64,000 bases of DNA from Arenicella sp. (GTDB lineage Bacteria; Pseudomonadota; Gammaproteobacteria; Arenicellales; Arenicellaceae), in the NCBI GenBank assembly GCA_023301745.1, contig JALZVW010000070.1:2427-66426 (forward strand). Direction: 5' to 3'. Both the position numbers and the translations under genes were made by a program. The notes under the pieces are model-generated. The model ran no database searches and was not told the DNA's origin. It was given only the letters and a program-made list of their open reading frames with translations. This document shows positions 9,358 through 19,725 of the stretch, one piece after another. How positions within the stretch are numbered: position 1 is the first letter of the stretch; the number at the start of each line of letters is the position of its first letter.

Positions 9358-9386
9358 AAGCCACTGCTTAGTGCAGTGGCTTTTTT
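9358..9386 (+). terminator. Rho-independent terminator of the Lys/Ala-rich protein gene
   Basis: AAGCCACTGC-TTAGT-GCAGTGGCTT followed by TTTTTT. Confidence 0.8.
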
Positions 9387-9460
9387 ATGCCTGCTTAGCA
9401 CTCAACATAGCAAGCTGTGGTACGATTCGGCGAGAATAATTGCATTAACTGGAGGGCAAG

Positions 9461-10552
9461 ATGTCCAAAGCGCTAGATATTCCAAAAAGCCTCGAAACAG
9501 AGATAAATGATACTGCAGCGATTGCGCGCTCAATTACTCACAGCTCATTAGGCAACAAAGCCGAAGCAGACCTTCGAGCCAAGTTATTGAAACAGCTTAA
9601 AGATCAAGATGCTATTTTGGTATCCCATTATTACGTCGATGAAGACCTTCAAGACTTAGCCGAACAAAGCGGTGGAACGGTCTCTGATTCTCTAGAAATG
9701 GCACGCTATGCTTACGAGCACAAGGCAAGCACTATTATTGTTGCCGGTGTTAGATTTATGGCTGAAACTTCGAAAATTCTCAGCCCGGAAAAACGCGTAC
9801 TATTGCTGGATAATGAGGCCGAATGCTCGCTCGACATTGGCTGCCCAATTGACGAGTTCTCTGCGTTTTGCGATGAGCACCCAGACCGAACTGTCGTCGT
9901 GTATGCCAATACCAGCGCCGAGGTGAAAGCACGTGCCGATTGGGTTGTTACTTCGTCGATCGCGCTAGAGATTTGCACTCACTTGCGCGATAAAGGCGAG
10001 AAAATCATCTGGGGGCCCGATAGATTCTTAGGAGGCTACATCCAGAAAGAGACTGGCGCCGATATGATCATGTGGCAAGGCTCATGCATTGTGCACGAAG
10101 AATTTAAGGCAGAAGCACTTTTAGCGATGAAACAAGAGCACCCAGATGCCGCCGTTTTAGTCCACCCTGAGTCACCTATGAGTGTGGTGGATTTGGCCGA
10201 TGTTGTCGGCTCAACGAGTAAAATCCTAAACGCAACACGCGAACTGCCCAATAAGAAGTTCATCGTCGCTACCGAAGATGGCATCTTTCACAAGATGAAG
10301 CAATATTCGCCTGATAAGGAGTTTATAGCCGCACCGACCGCTGGCAGTGGCGCTACTTGTCAAAGCTGCGCTCAGTGCCCGTGGATGAAGATGAATGACT
10401 TGCAACGCCTAGAAAAAGTACTCAATACAGGTGAAAATGAAGTTTTGATCGACGAAAGCGTGCGAGCTGATGCTGAGCGTTCGCTAAAACGCATGGTCGA
10501 TTTTGCCAATGAACATGTCCGCCCAGGAATGAAAGTAACTGGAAATGCTTAG
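9461..10552 (+). CDS. nadA: Quinolinate synthase NadA
   Basis: Collinear with E. coli NadA: '[15 protein letters not shown]', '[10 protein letters not shown]', '[18 protein letters not shown]', '[25 protein letters not shown]', 'HPESP', and Fe-S cysteines '[12 protein letters not shown]'. Confidence 0.95.
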   Translation: MSKALDIPKSLETEINDTAAIARSITHSSLGNKAEADLRAKLLKQLKDQDAILVSHYYVDEDLQDLAEQSGGTVSDSLEMARYAYEHKASTIIVAGVRFMAETSKILSPEKRVLLLDNEAECSLDIGCPIDEFSAFCDEHPDRTVVVYANTSAEVKARADWVVTSSIALEICTHLRDKGEKIIWGPDRFLGGYIQKETGADMIMWQGSCIVHEEFKAEALLAMKQEHPDAAVLVHPESPMSVVDLADVVGSTSKILNATRELPNKKFIVATEDGIFHKMKQYSPDKEFIAAPTAGSGATCQSCAQCPWMKMNDLQRLEKVLNTGENEVLIDESVRADAERSLKRMVDFANEHVRPGMKVTGNA

Positions 10553-10727
10553 ATCTGTTCCAAGCTAATTCAAAGCGCGGCGAAACAGCCCTTAAGCGCC
10601 TCTACGGTGAGGCAACTAGGCTTAGGTTAGCTGAACCGCTTGTCGTAGGCCATTTGCAGTACACAATCACTCCAACAATACTGACGGCCAAACTGCGCCG
10701 CACTTTCACCTTTAAACCACGAGCCAA

Positions 10728-11726
10728 ATGAAATACCACGGAACCGAAAGTGACATAACAAACAATAGTTCGTCAATTGGCGTATTGCTGATCAATCTTG
10801 GCACACCTGACAGACCAGTGTGCCCCGGGCTACGCAAGTACCTTGGAGAGTTTTTAATGGACCCGCGGGTTATCGAGCTCCCAACACTGCTACGCACAAT
10901 TTTGGTGAAAGGAATAATCGTTAATTTTCGCTCGCATAAAAGTGCCGCCATCTATAGAGAAGTTTGGACTGATGACGGGTCGCCGCTGCTAATAAATAGT
11001 ATGCGCCTAGGCGAGAAAACAGCCGCTCTCCTGGGTGACGGCTTTGAGGTAGAAGTCGCCATGCGTTATGGCAACCCGAGTGTTGAAGAGAAAATTAAAG
11101 CACTGCACCGTAAAGGTGTACGAAAGATTGTCACCGTACCTCTCTATCCACAGTACAGCGGCAGCACTAATGGCTCAACGTTTGACGCCGTAGGCAAAGC
11201 GCTCAGCAAGCAGCGATGGGTCCCTAGCATCAATTTTGTCAGCGATTATCACCAATACGACAGCTATATTAAAGCGGTCGGTGACTCAATATCTAGTCAT
11301 TGGGAAAAGCACGGCCGAAACCAAAAACTAGTCATGTCATTCCATGGCGTACCGCAGAAATACATAACACGCGGCGATCCCTATCAGTCTCAATGCGCTG
11401 ATAGTGCACAGCGTATCGCCAATTACCTGAAACTTAAAGACGATGACTGGCAACTGGTATTTCAATCGCGGTTTGGCGCAGAAGAATGGCTTCAGCCATA
11501 TTGTGATCAAACCTTAAAGTCATATCCTGAGCAAGGAATTAAATCAGTGGATGTGATCTGCCCTGGGTTTAGCGTTGATTGTTTGGAAACATTGGAAGAA
11601 ATTGAAGGCGAAAATAAAGAGTACTTTATGCACGCTGGTGGAGAGAAATATAGCTATATTACTTGTCTCAACGACACCGATAGCCATGCAGGGCTGATGG
11701 CCGAAATTGTTAAAAACAATCTTTGA
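10728..11726 (+). CDS. hemH: Ferrochelatase HemH
   Basis: 'IGVLLINLGTPD', 'MRYGNPS', 'PLYPQYSGST', 'SFHGVPQKY', 'FQSRFG...WLQPY' and 'CPGFSVDCLETLEEI' match ferrochelatase signature regions. Confidence 0.9.
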   Translation: MKYHGTESDITNNSSSIGVLLINLGTPDRPVCPGLRKYLGEFLMDPRVIELPTLLRTILVKGIIVNFRSHKSAAIYREVWTDDGSPLLINSMRLGEKTAALLGDGFEVEVAMRYGNPSVEEKIKALHRKGVRKIVTVPLYPQYSGSTNGSTFDAVGKALSKQRWVPSINFVSDYHQYDSYIKAVGDSISSHWEKHGRNQKLVMSFHGVPQKYITRGDPYQSQCADSAQRIANYLKLKDDDWQLVFQSRFGAEEWLQPYCDQTLKSYPEQGIKSVDVICPGFSVDCLETLEEIEGENKEYFMHAGGEKYSYITCLNDTDSHAGLMAEIVKNNL

Positions 11727-11856
11727 TTTGGTGTTCATTTGAAACGCTAAAGGCCTTCACTGCTAGCCCGACGGTTAGCCGTTCAAGTTATCAGCGCCAC
11801 AATTCACCTTTTCAGTGGCCTCAAGCACCACTGGTTGCGTCGCTACGGATCAGCCT

Positions 11857-12870
11857 CTATTTAGTGACGTAAGCCGCAATAACGTCGATAGCGCGATCAA
11901 TCATCGCATCGTCGATACCACTATGCACAACCAAGCGGAATATGCTGCCACCAGTAAACATCAATCCTTGATCGGCACACCACGCCTGAAAAGCTTCACC
12001 GAACCCACTGCCGCCAGAAAGATAGACCATATTTGTATGAGCCCCACCTCCCTCAACGTTCAAGCCTTCAAGCCCGCTCAAACCTTGCGCTAAGCGCTCT
12101 GCCCTTGCATGATCGTCAGCTAAACGGTCGATATTATGGTTAATCGCGTATAGGCCGGCAGCCGCCAAAATACCGGCTTGGCGCATGCCACCACCCACCA
12201 TTTTTCTCCAACGCCGCGCGTCATTGATGACCTGTTTATCGGCGACTAATACTGAACCGACCGGCGCCCCTAAGCCTTTACTAAGACACAAGGACACTGA
12301 ATCGAATTGACCGCAAATCTCGGATAATTCTAGGCCTTGGGCCACCGCCGCATTGAATGCTCGAGCGCCGTCTAAGTGAAACACTAACTCATAGTTATCA
12401 GCCAGGGCTCTGGCGCTAGCAATATAAGATTGCGAAATAGTTTTGCCACCGATGGTGTTTTCCAGCGCTAATAACTTAGACTTCGCAAAATGGAAATCGT
12501 TTGCTTTAATCGACGCTTCAATTTTGTCCAGTGGGATTGTTCCATCAATACTGTGTTCAATAGGCTGCGGTTGAATACTGCCTAAAACGGCGGCACCACC
12601 CGCTTCGTATTTATAAGTATGGGCATTCTGCCCGACTATGTATTCATCGCCACGCTGGCAATGAGTGAGCAGTGCGACTAAGTTGCTTTGTGTTCCACTT
12701 GGAAAGAACAAGCCCGCCTGGTGTCCAGCACGTTCAGCGAGCTGAGCTTCAAGTTGAATCACCGTTGGGTCTTCGCCATACACATCGTCGCCCACTTCAG
12801 CATTCGCCATAACCTTGCGCATTGCATCACACGGCTTAGTAACCGTGTCACTTCTAAGGTCAATAATCAT
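11857..12870 (-). CDS. ltaE: Low-specificity L-threonine aldolase
   Basis: N-terminal 'IDLRSDTVTKP', then 'GDDVYGEDPT'. The PLP-lysine context 'LCLSKGLGAPVGS' is typical of LtaE/GLY1-type aldolases. Confidence 0.85.
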   Translation of the reverse strand: MIIDLRSDTVTKPCDAMRKVMANAEVGDDVYGEDPTVIQLEAQLAERAGHQAGLFFPSGTQSNLVALLTHCQRGDEYIVGQNAHTYKYEAGGAAVLGSIQPQPIEHSIDGTIPLDKIEASIKANDFHFAKSKLLALENTIGGKTISQSYIASARALADNYELVFHLDGARAFNAAVAQGLELSEICGQFDSVSLCLSKGLGAPVGSVLVADKQVINDARRWRKMVGGGMRQAGILAAAGLYAINHNIDRLADDHARAERLAQGLSGLEGLNVEGGGAHTNMVYLSGGSGFGEAFQAWCADQGLMFTGGSIFRLVVHSGIDDAMIDRAIDVIAAYVTK

Positions 12871-12871
12871 T

Positions 12872-13732
12872 TTATACTTTTTTTATCGGCAAAGAGGCCA
12901 TCGGAATATCATTATCATGAAACATCTGAATCAGGCTTTCCAATACCGTTGATCGCAAGGTAGTTCTGGTGGTCACGTCAATTAAGCGATAACGCGCTTC
13001 GTAAAGAACACCGGAAAGCATATGCCCTTGATCATCATCCCAAATTGAGCGAATCACAACGGTTGTCGTTCCATCAATGATTCCGTCAACTTTTTCTATC
13101 GCTTCTATTGTTTTAGCTTTTACTACAGCAGGATCTGCTCGGTAGTCGGTTTGAAACCGTATACGTGCTCGCACGGGTTGGGGATCAATTGAAAAATTTT
13201 TAATGGTTGAAGATGCCAACACGGCATTCGGGTAGTTAACAATAACCCCATCGGTGTTACGAATGGTCGTACGCCGCAAGCCTATATCGACGACGTCGCC
13301 CCAACCACCCCAGTGGCGGCCTATTTTATCAATCATAATGCGGTCACCTATGCGAATAGGGCGATCCGCAATCAAGAAAATGCCGGCTAAAATATCGGCT
13401 AGGGTTTCTTTAGCCGCCAAGCCAATTGCGATACCAAAGATACCAGCACCTGCCAAGACTGGCCCCACCTGAATGCCATTTATTTTCAGCACCCAAATCA
13501 AACCGGCAAACAGCGCCACTAACCACAAGAATTGCTTTAGAAAATGGATCAAGCGGTCATCAAAATCGTTATCAGTCTTTGAAGCCAGCAATTCTAAGCG
13601 CCTTAACAGAACGAATCGGCCTAAGTAAAAAGAGATAATGACAGCAACGACGGCAATCAGAGATTGCACCAGCGACGGTAAGCTAATCCAGAACGTCAAG
13701 AAGTCTTGGCTAAATTGGTTGAGGGTTTCCAT
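12872..13732 (-). CDS. Small-conductance mechanosensitive channel (MscS family)
   Basis: Three N-terminal TM helices, then the MscS pore/beta-domain signature 'GLAAKETLADILAGIFLIADRPIRIGDRI'. Confidence 0.8.
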   Translation of the reverse strand: METLNQFSQDFLTFWISLPSLVQSLIAVVAVIISFYLGRFVLLRRLELLASKTDNDFDDRLIHFLKQFLWLVALFAGLIWVLKINGIQVGPVLAGAGIFGIAIGLAAKETLADILAGIFLIADRPIRIGDRIMIDKIGRHWGGWGDVVDIGLRRTTIRNTDGVIVNYPNAVLASSTIKNFSIDPQPVRARIRFQTDYRADPAVVKAKTIEAIEKVDGIIDGTTTVVIRSIWDDDQGHMLSGVLYEARYRLIDVTTRTTLRSTVLESLIQMFHDNDIPMASLPIKKV

Positions 13733-13975
13733 AATACGGTGACAGGCTAATTAAGCGTTAGTATTGCAATCAATCATAAAATAAATCAGTCGATAGAGCA
13801 CCGCTGATTTGCTGAATATCTACTTCACGCTAGTCGGCTGACATTGATGCGACAAACCTATTCGAGTGAGGCGTAAACTAAAAAAGCAATCGAAAGCAGT
13901 CTGAAAAACGAGAGTGAAAAAACAGAACGCCAATTGACAGGAGCGCTTTCCACTCTAGCAGCTACTTTTCAGCGA

Positions 13976-14653
13976 TCATCCACCCCAAGATTGGCGTTGC
14001 GAGCGATTAGCGATTGACAAGATCCAGCCAAGCAAAAGACCGACCAATATCGCGCCGACTCCCAAGACAAACCAGCTTTTAGATTTTTGATCGCTTAGAT
14101 TTTGATTTTCTATGCGAATACCGTCTAACTCCAACAGTAATTGCTGCACCTCAACCTCGAGCTTAGCACTGCGTTGCGAAAGATTAACCGCATCGGCCGA
14201 CACCTCTTTAATCGTTGCGAGCTCTTCTGAGGCGGTCTTAAAACTACCAGTCAAACGGATATTTTGCGCAATTAATTCTTGGTTTTCTTCTTGAGATCGT
14301 GCCAATAAGGTTTGCAACTCTCCAGGCTTAGAACGCAACTGCTTTAGTTGGCCTTCAAGATACTTGACACGGTTCCGGGCGGACCCATTTTCACTTAGAA
14401 AGCGTGTCAGCACGTAACCAATTTTGCCGTCACTCGTTTGCACTTGACTGTGGCCTTTACCCGCATCTTCGCGCAACACTTCTAAACGTGCCCCGCTGTT
14501 CAGCGAATCAACAATTTTATTCTGCACGCTCGGGCCAGTTCGTAACATGACTTTAAAATCATCGGTCACATAACGAGTTTGAGCCGCCGCCGTGGAGCCC
14601 CAAAAAGCAATTGTTAACACAAGAGAAAAGACAGAAATTTTAATATTTTTCAT
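13976..14653 (-). CDS. SH3b-domain membrane-anchored protein (YgiM-like)
   Basis: The architecture matches E. coli YgiM: signal peptide, 'TRYVTDDFKVMLRTGPS' SH3b start, a long coiled-coil segment and a C-terminal TM 'WFVLGVGAILVGLLLGWIL'. Confidence 0.7.
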   Translation of the reverse strand: MKNIKISVFSLVLTIAFWGSTAAAQTRYVTDDFKVMLRTGPSVQNKIVDSLNSGARLEVLREDAGKGHSQVQTSDGKIGYVLTRFLSENGSARNRVKYLEGQLKQLRSKPGELQTLLARSQEENQELIAQNIRLTGSFKTASEELATIKEVSADAVNLSQRSAKLEVEVQQLLLELDGIRIENQNLSDQKSKSWFVLGVGAILVGLLLGWILSIANRSQRQSWGG

Positions 14654-14747
14654 TATTTAAACGAAATAGAAATGCTTCAAATTTAATCCATTATACCTAT
14701 GCAATCGGCAGGTCAAAGGCAGTTAAACTAATTGTTAACTCAAGCCC

Positions 14748-16133
14748 TTAATCTAAGTCTAAATCTTTGAGTTTTCGGGTGAGTGTGTTTCTACCCCAAC
14801 CAAGCAATCTGGCCGCGTTTTGACGATGACCGTTGGTATGATCGAGTGAGACTTTAAGCATAACACCTTCGAAGCGTTTCAATAAATCATCAAGTACATC
14901 CTGTTGACCCAAATTAAGTTTTTGACGCACTAGCTTCGCCAATGCGGCCTCCCAGTCTTGGGCGACAACTTCTTGCGAGAAACCAAGAATTTCTTTCGGT
15001 AAATCCTCAACACTCACTGAGGTTGCTGGTGCCATTACGGTAATCCATCGACATATGTTCTCAAGCTGACGTACATTACCAGGCCAATCATAGGCCATCA
15101 TTTTAATTAGAGCTTCATCAGACAGAACCTTCATCTCGACCTGAAGCTCATCAGCACTGGTTCGCAGAAAGCGTTTAGCTAATAACGTTACATCTTCGGC
15201 ACGCTCACGCAATGATGGAATATCAATTCGAATAACATTCAAACGATGATAGAGATCTTCTCGGAAAAGCCCTTGTTTGACTTGCTTCTCTAAATCGCGA
15301 TTAGTCGCCGCTAACACGCGCACATCAACCGACACTAGATCTCGGCCACCAACCCGATAGAAACGCCGATCCGACAGCACCCTGAGTAAACGTGTCTGCA
15401 AGTCAGCACTCATCTCTCCAATTTCATCAAGAAAAAGCGTGCCACCATCTGCTTGCTCAAAGCGCCCTTTGCGTTGTGCCTGCGCCCCTGTAAAAGCCCC
15501 TTTCTCATGGCCAAACAATTCAGATTCAAGCAACTCAGCTGGAATTGCAGCGATGTTTATCGCCACAAAAGCTTTCGTCGCTCGAGGGCTGTGATGATGC
15601 AGAGCGTTGGCAACCAATTCTTTACCGGTGCCCGATTGACCACATACCATTACATTAATGTTCGACTTTGCTAGGCGCCCTATGGCTCTAAATACTTCTT
15701 GCATGGCAGGGGCTTCGCCAATAATTTCGACTTCGTCGCTCAGTTCCTCTTCGTGCCTGACCTCACCACCTTTGGGCTCAACCGCGCGGTGAACCAATCG
15801 AACCGCCTCGTCCAAATCAAAGGGTTTGGGAAGGTACTCAAAGGCGCCACTCTCATAACTGGCTAACGCGCTATCTAAGTCGGTGTGCGCCGTCATAACA
15901 ATGACCGGTATGTCTGAGTGCTTATCATGCAGAATCTTTGCCAACGCCAAACCGCTCATGCCCGGCATACGAATGTCGGTCATTAATACTTCTGGCGAGT
16001 CTTTTTCGAGGTGACTTAGCGCTGATTCGGCGTCTTCAAAATCACTTACGTCAAAGCCCTCAGAGCGTAATGCTCTTGCTAACACCCAACGAATCGAAGA
16101 ATCATCATCTACTATCCAAACTTTATGCATCAT
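14748..16133 (-). CDS. ntrC: Nitrogen regulation response regulator NtrC (sigma54 enhancer-binding protein)
   Basis: Receiver domain ('VWIVDDDSSIRWVL...TDIRMPGMSG'), AAA+ sigma54-interaction domain ('GQSGTGKE', 'GAFTGA', 'GGTLFLDEIGEM') and C-terminal Fis-type HTH ('NAARLLGWGRNTLTRKLKDL'). Lies downstream of ntrB and glnA. Confidence 0.93.
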   Translation of the reverse strand: MMHKVWIVDDDSSIRWVLARALRSEGFDVSDFEDAESALSHLEKDSPEVLMTDIRMPGMSGLALAKILHDKHSDIPVIVMTAHTDLDSALASYESGAFEYLPKPFDLDEAVRLVHRAVEPKGGEVRHEEELSDEVEIIGEAPAMQEVFRAIGRLAKSNINVMVCGQSGTGKELVANALHHHSPRATKAFVAINIAAIPAELLESELFGHEKGAFTGAQAQRKGRFEQADGGTLFLDEIGEMSADLQTRLLRVLSDRRFYRVGGRDLVSVDVRVLAATNRDLEKQVKQGLFREDLYHRLNVIRIDIPSLRERAEDVTLLAKRFLRTSADELQVEMKVLSDEALIKMMAYDWPGNVRQLENICRWITVMAPATSVSVEDLPKEILGFSQEVVAQDWEAALAKLVRQKLNLGQQDVLDDLLKRFEGVMLKVSLDHTNGHRQNAARLLGWGRNTLTRKLKDLDLD

Positions 16134-17215
16134 TAGTATCCTTGTATTCCTTTAGAAGTGCTTGAGTCGCCGTTAATGTAGGGCAGATAAATGGAGAAGC
16201 AGGTTTTGCCATGATGGTCTTCCAATTGCACAACACCTTTATGCCGTTGAATAATTTCTTGAGTAATCGACAAACCTAAGCCTGTGCCTTCAGGCCGACC
16301 GGTTACCAACGGGTCAAACAAACTATTTCGAATCTCCTTAGGCACACCTGGACCGTTATCCCAAATTTTTATTTTTAATACCTGACGATGCATTTCCTGG
16401 TTCAAAGTAACAAAACGTTCAAATTGAGTCACAAAGCCAAGCTTAATCTTAGCTCGCCCTTTTTGTGCCTCGATACCATTACCTACAATGTTAAGCACGG
16501 CCTGAATTATCTGTTCTTTATCGATATTGATCTCAGGTAAGGCTGGATCATAAAATCGGTCGACGATAACTGGTTCAGACGATTTGACCGAAATTAAATG
16601 CAAAACATGCTCTAACACTTCGTGAATGTTCAAGTATTGAGGCTTTAACTGCTCACGAGACCCCATTACTCGATCAACCAAACGAGTCAGACGGTCGGCC
16701 TCTTTAATCAATATATCGGTAAGTTCTTTTTGTGACGGTTCGGCGAGCTCTCGATCCAACAATTGAGCCGCACCTCGAATACCACCCAACGGATTCTTAA
16801 TTTCGTGCGCTAAGCCTCTCATCATCAACCTGAATGCCTGCTGACGTTCAAGTTGATTTTTTTCTTTCATAAATCGTGAAATCCGATTTATGACATTCAA
16901 TTCAACTAAGATCGACGGCGCATCGCCATCGGCGTTGGTCACGCACGACAATGTCATATCTACCAACGACTCTCGCCCTGCGACATAAATAGCAATTTCA
17001 CGTAAAGTAAATTGAGCATTGTTCTGCAAACAATCCTCAATGCACTTTTCTACCGAGTCATTGGGTATCAAGTTGACCAGAGGTTGACTCAATAAGTATC
17101 GGCGACTTTGACAAAACAGCTTTTCAGCTGCAATATTTACGAGCTCTACATTGCTTTGACGATCTATAACGATCACCGCACATTCCAAGCTTTCAATAAG
17201 AGACGCGTAATTCAT
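16133..17215 (-). CDS. ntrB: Nitrogen regulation sensor histidine kinase NtrB
   Basis: PAS-like N-terminus, H-box 'GLAHEIKNPLGGIRGAAQLL', N-box 'QAVLNIVGNGIEA' and G-boxes 'DNGPGVP' and 'GTGLGLS'. The stop overlaps the ntrC start by 1 nt. Confidence 0.9.
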   Translation of the reverse strand: MNYASLIESLECAVIVIDRQSNVELVNIAAEKLFCQSRRYLLSQPLVNLIPNDSVEKCIEDCLQNNAQFTLREIAIYVAGRESLVDMTLSCVTNADGDAPSILVELNVINRISRFMKEKNQLERQQAFRLMMRGLAHEIKNPLGGIRGAAQLLDRELAEPSQKELTDILIKEADRLTRLVDRVMGSREQLKPQYLNIHEVLEHVLHLISVKSSEPVIVDRFYDPALPEINIDKEQIIQAVLNIVGNGIEAQKGRAKIKLGFVTQFERFVTLNQEMHRQVLKIKIWDNGPGVPKEIRNSLFDPLVTGRPEGTGLGLSITQEIIQRHKGVVQLEDHHGKTCFSIYLPYINGDSSTSKGIQGY

Positions 17216-17259
17216 TTATGCACTAATTTGTGTTCAGAATAGTATTTATTTACTTAATT

Positions 17260-17276
17260 TGCACCAAAGTAGTGCA
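17260..17276 (-). promoter_or_regulatory. Candidate NtrC-binding box in the glnA-ntrB intergenic region (glnLp-type autoregulatory site)
   Basis: TGCACCAAAGTAGTGCA matches the enterobacterial NtrC consensus TGCACCA-N3-TGGTGCA at 13/14 positions. It lies 45-61 nt upstream of the ntrB ATG and just downstream of the glnA terminator. Confidence 0.55.
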
Positions 17277-17284
17277 CTACGGAA

Positions 17285-17314
17285 TAAAAAAACGCCTCGA
17301 TCTCTCGAGGCGTT
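17285..17314 (-). terminator. Rho-independent terminator of glnA
   Basis: On the minus strand: AACGCCTCGA-GAGA-TCGAGGCGTT followed by TTTTTTT, starting 14 nt after the glnA stop. Confidence 0.8.
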
Positions 17315-17327
17315 TTCACAAGCTAAT

Positions 17328-18737
17328 TTAGCAGCTGTAAGACAACTCAAATTCGATTGGGTGCGTAGCCATACGCAAAGCATCTACTTCGGCTTGCTTA
17401 AGCTCGATATAACCATCGATCGCGCTATCAGTAAACACGCCGCCAGCAGTCAAGAACTCACGATCTTTATCTAGCGCTTCTAAAGCGTAATCCAGGCCGG
17501 CCGCAACCATTGGGATTTTCGCTTGCTCAGCCGCTGGTAATTCATAGAGATCTTCGTCAGCCGCATCACCTGGATGAATCTTGTTTTTGATCCCGTCAAG
17601 GCCGGCCATCAACATTGCCGCAAATGCAAGATATGGATTAGCCGTAGAATCTGGGAAACGAATTTCAATACGGCGACCTTTAGGGTTAGTCACATAGGGA
17701 ATACGACAAGACGCAGAACGATTACGTGCCGAATAAGCTAGCAGAACCGGCGCTTCAAAGCCTGGAACTAAACGCTTATAACTATTGGTAGAAGCATTAG
17801 CAAAAGCATTAATCGCTTTTGCGTGTTTGAAAATACCACCGATGTAGAAAAGAGCCGTTTCGCTCAAACCGCCGTAGCCGTCACCAGAAAAGATATTTTC
17901 ACCATCTTTAAAGATCGACTGATGAACGTGCATACCAGAACCGTTGTCACCAACAATCGGCTTAGGCATGAAAGTCGCTGTTTTACCAAACATATGAGCC
18001 GTGTTATGAACTGCATATTTGAAAATTTGTACTTCGTCGGCTTTTTGCACTAAGGTGTTGAAGATAGTACCAATCTCACATTGTCCAGCCGTCGCAACTT
18101 CGTGATGATGCACTTCAGTTGGGCAGCCCATTGCTTCAGCTGACTGGCACATTGCCGCACGTAAGTCGTGCAGTGAGTCCACAGGTGGCACCGGAAAGTA
18201 ACCGCCTTTCAAGCCTGGGCGGTGACCCATGTTGCCGCCATCGTATGACTTATCTGAGTTCCAGCAGGCTTCTTCAGAATCGATCTCGAAGAAAGTACCA
18301 CGAGCTTCTGTAGAGAAACGAACATCATCAAATACGAAAAACTCGTTTTCTGGGCCAAAGTAGGCTGTGTCGCCGATACCTGTTTCTTTCAAGTACGCTT
18401 CTGCACGCTTAGCGATTGAACGTGGGTCGCGCTCATAGCCAGCCATCGTGCTGGGCTCAATGATATCGCAACGTATATTTAATGTTTTGTCTTGAAAAAA
18501 TGGGTCAAGAACGGCCGTTTCAGGCTCAGGCATCAAAATCATGTCCGATTCGTTAATGCCTTTCCAACCAGCTACCGAAGAGCCATCAAACATCTTTCCT
18601 TCTACAAACGTGTCTTCGTCTACTACTGTAGTCGGGACCGTTACATGTTGTTCTTTACCGCGCGTGTCGGTGAAACGAAAGTCGATATACTTGATATCTT
18701 CTTCTTTTATCTGCTTTAGTACGTCTGACGCTGACAT
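17328..18737 (-). CDS. glnA: Glutamine synthetase type I
   Basis: Start set at '[13 protein letters not shown]' (ATG at 18737, preceded by GAGGT), not at the upstream in-frame codon at 18779. Contains '[16 protein letters not shown]', 'FDGSSVAGW', '[16 protein letters not shown]' and the adenylylation-loop region '[10 protein letters not shown]'. Confidence 0.95.
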   Translation of the reverse strand: MSASDVLKQIKEEDIKYIDFRFTDTRGKEQHVTVPTTVVDEDTFVEGKMFDGSSVAGWKGINESDMILMPEPETAVLDPFFQDKTLNIRCDIIEPSTMAGYERDPRSIAKRAEAYLKETGIGDTAYFGPENEFFVFDDVRFSTEARGTFFEIDSEEACWNSDKSYDGGNMGHRPGLKGGYFPVPPVDSLHDLRAAMCQSAEAMGCPTEVHHHEVATAGQCEIGTIFNTLVQKADEVQIFKYAVHNTAHMFGKTATFMPKPIVGDNGSGMHVHQSIFKDGENIFSGDGYGGLSETALFYIGGIFKHAKAINAFANASTNSYKRLVPGFEAPVLLAYSARNRSASCRIPYVTNPKGRRIEIRFPDSTANPYLAFAAMLMAGLDGIKNKIHPGDAADEDLYELPAAEQAKIPMVAAGLDYALEALDKDREFLTAGGVFTDSAIDGYIELKQAEVDALRMATHPIEFELSYSC

Positions 18738-18940
18738 TACTTTTACCTCAAAAAATGGATTAAATTTAGTCGGTCGCATAACGCACTGCAGTTTGATTAC
18801 GCGACCTGGCGGCGGTGAGTATTTAACCTAGATGATGAACACTCAGATATTTAACGTTTTAATATCTGAATAAGCTAAACCTGATTAAACACTGGAGTTA
18901 CCGCGATTATTCGGCTGAATTTTTTCAGCTAAATTATAAT

Positions 18941-18956
18941 AGCAAACATCGTGCCA
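18941..18956 (-). promoter_or_regulatory. Sigma54 (-24/-12) promoter of glnA (glnAp2-type)
   Basis: The minus strand reads TGGCACGATGTTTGCT, an exact fit to TGGCAC-N5-TTGCW. It is about 200 nt upstream of the glnA ATG, with two NtrC-type boxes about 70-130 nt further upstream. Confidence 0.75.
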
Positions 18957-19025
18957 ACATAACTAAGACCAAACTCACTAAAATCGGCTCTAAAATGCTA
19001 TTACCAAGCAAGCCTGCGACACCAC

Positions 19026-19072
19026 TGCACCAAATCGGTGCTTTTGGTTAATTTTCGCACCGAAGTGGTGCG
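19026..19072 (-). promoter_or_regulatory. Two NtrC-type enhancer boxes upstream of the glnA sigma54 promoter
   Basis: TGCACCAAATCGGTGCT (19026-19042) and CGCACCGAAGTGGTGCG (19056-19072) match TGCACCA-N3-TGGTGCA at 12/14 and 11/14. Their centres are 30 bp apart, comparable to the E. coli glnAp2 enhancer layout. Confidence 0.65.
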
Positions 19073-19080
19073 AAAAATGC

Positions 19081-19551
19081 TTATAAATCAATTTCTAGCG
19101 TTTCTTTAACAATTTCCATTGCCGCAATGCTCGTAGACTCCTTTACGCCGGGTAAATTCAATAATTCACCCTCTAGCAAATCTCGATAAGCCGCCATATC
19201 TTTGATGCGCGCTTTTACCAAAAAATCAAAACTCCCCGTCACGAGATAGCACTCTTGTACCGACGGAACCTTTTGAATAGAGCGTCGAAAATCTTCAAAT
19301 GTTTTTTTACTGGTTCTATCTAGACTTATCTGCACAAACACTACCAAGCCTTTATCTAATTGTTTCGCGCTTAGCTTGGCTGAATACCCTTTTATATAAC
19401 CTGAGCGCTCAAGCTTGCGAACACGATCAATACACGGAGTGGTCGTTAAACCGACTCGCTTACCCAAATCGGTGTACGAAATTCTTCCATCGCCTTGCAG
19501 CACATTGAGAATGTTACGGTCGTATTTATCTAAAGTTTCATTTTCCTGCAT
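19081..19551 (-). CDS. Lrp/AsnC-family transcriptional regulator, divergent from ald
   Basis: Start set at 'MQENETLDKYDRNILNVLQGDGRISYTDLGKRVGLTTTPCIDRVRKLERSGYIKGY' (ATG 19551). HTH plus a RAM/ligand domain collinear with E. coli Lrp. The longer tracked ORF would overlap the ald start. Confidence 0.85.
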   Translation of the reverse strand: MQENETLDKYDRNILNVLQGDGRISYTDLGKRVGLTTTPCIDRVRKLERSGYIKGYSAKLSAKQLDKGLVVFVQISLDRTSKKTFEDFRRSIQKVPSVQECYLVTGSFDFLVKARIKDMAAYRDLLEGELLNLPGVKESTSIAAMEIVKETLEIDL

Positions 19552-19725
19552 AAAAAACCCATCTGCCTTATTGCTATATTTCAGGAAATATAACTGATTT
19601 TTCATTAAAAAAAATAAAATATCACTTAATAAATTGAAATATAAAAAAAATATTAGCTTAAACAAATTCCCTCTCACTAGTATCATTTTGAAATCACAAA
19701 CAGCGCTAAAAACGAGAGTCCAAAC

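Noticed and set aside
18738-18779. 14-codon upstream extension of glnA
   Set aside because: The ATG at 18737 is preceded by GAGGT and gives the canonical 'MSASDVLK...' GlnA N-terminus.
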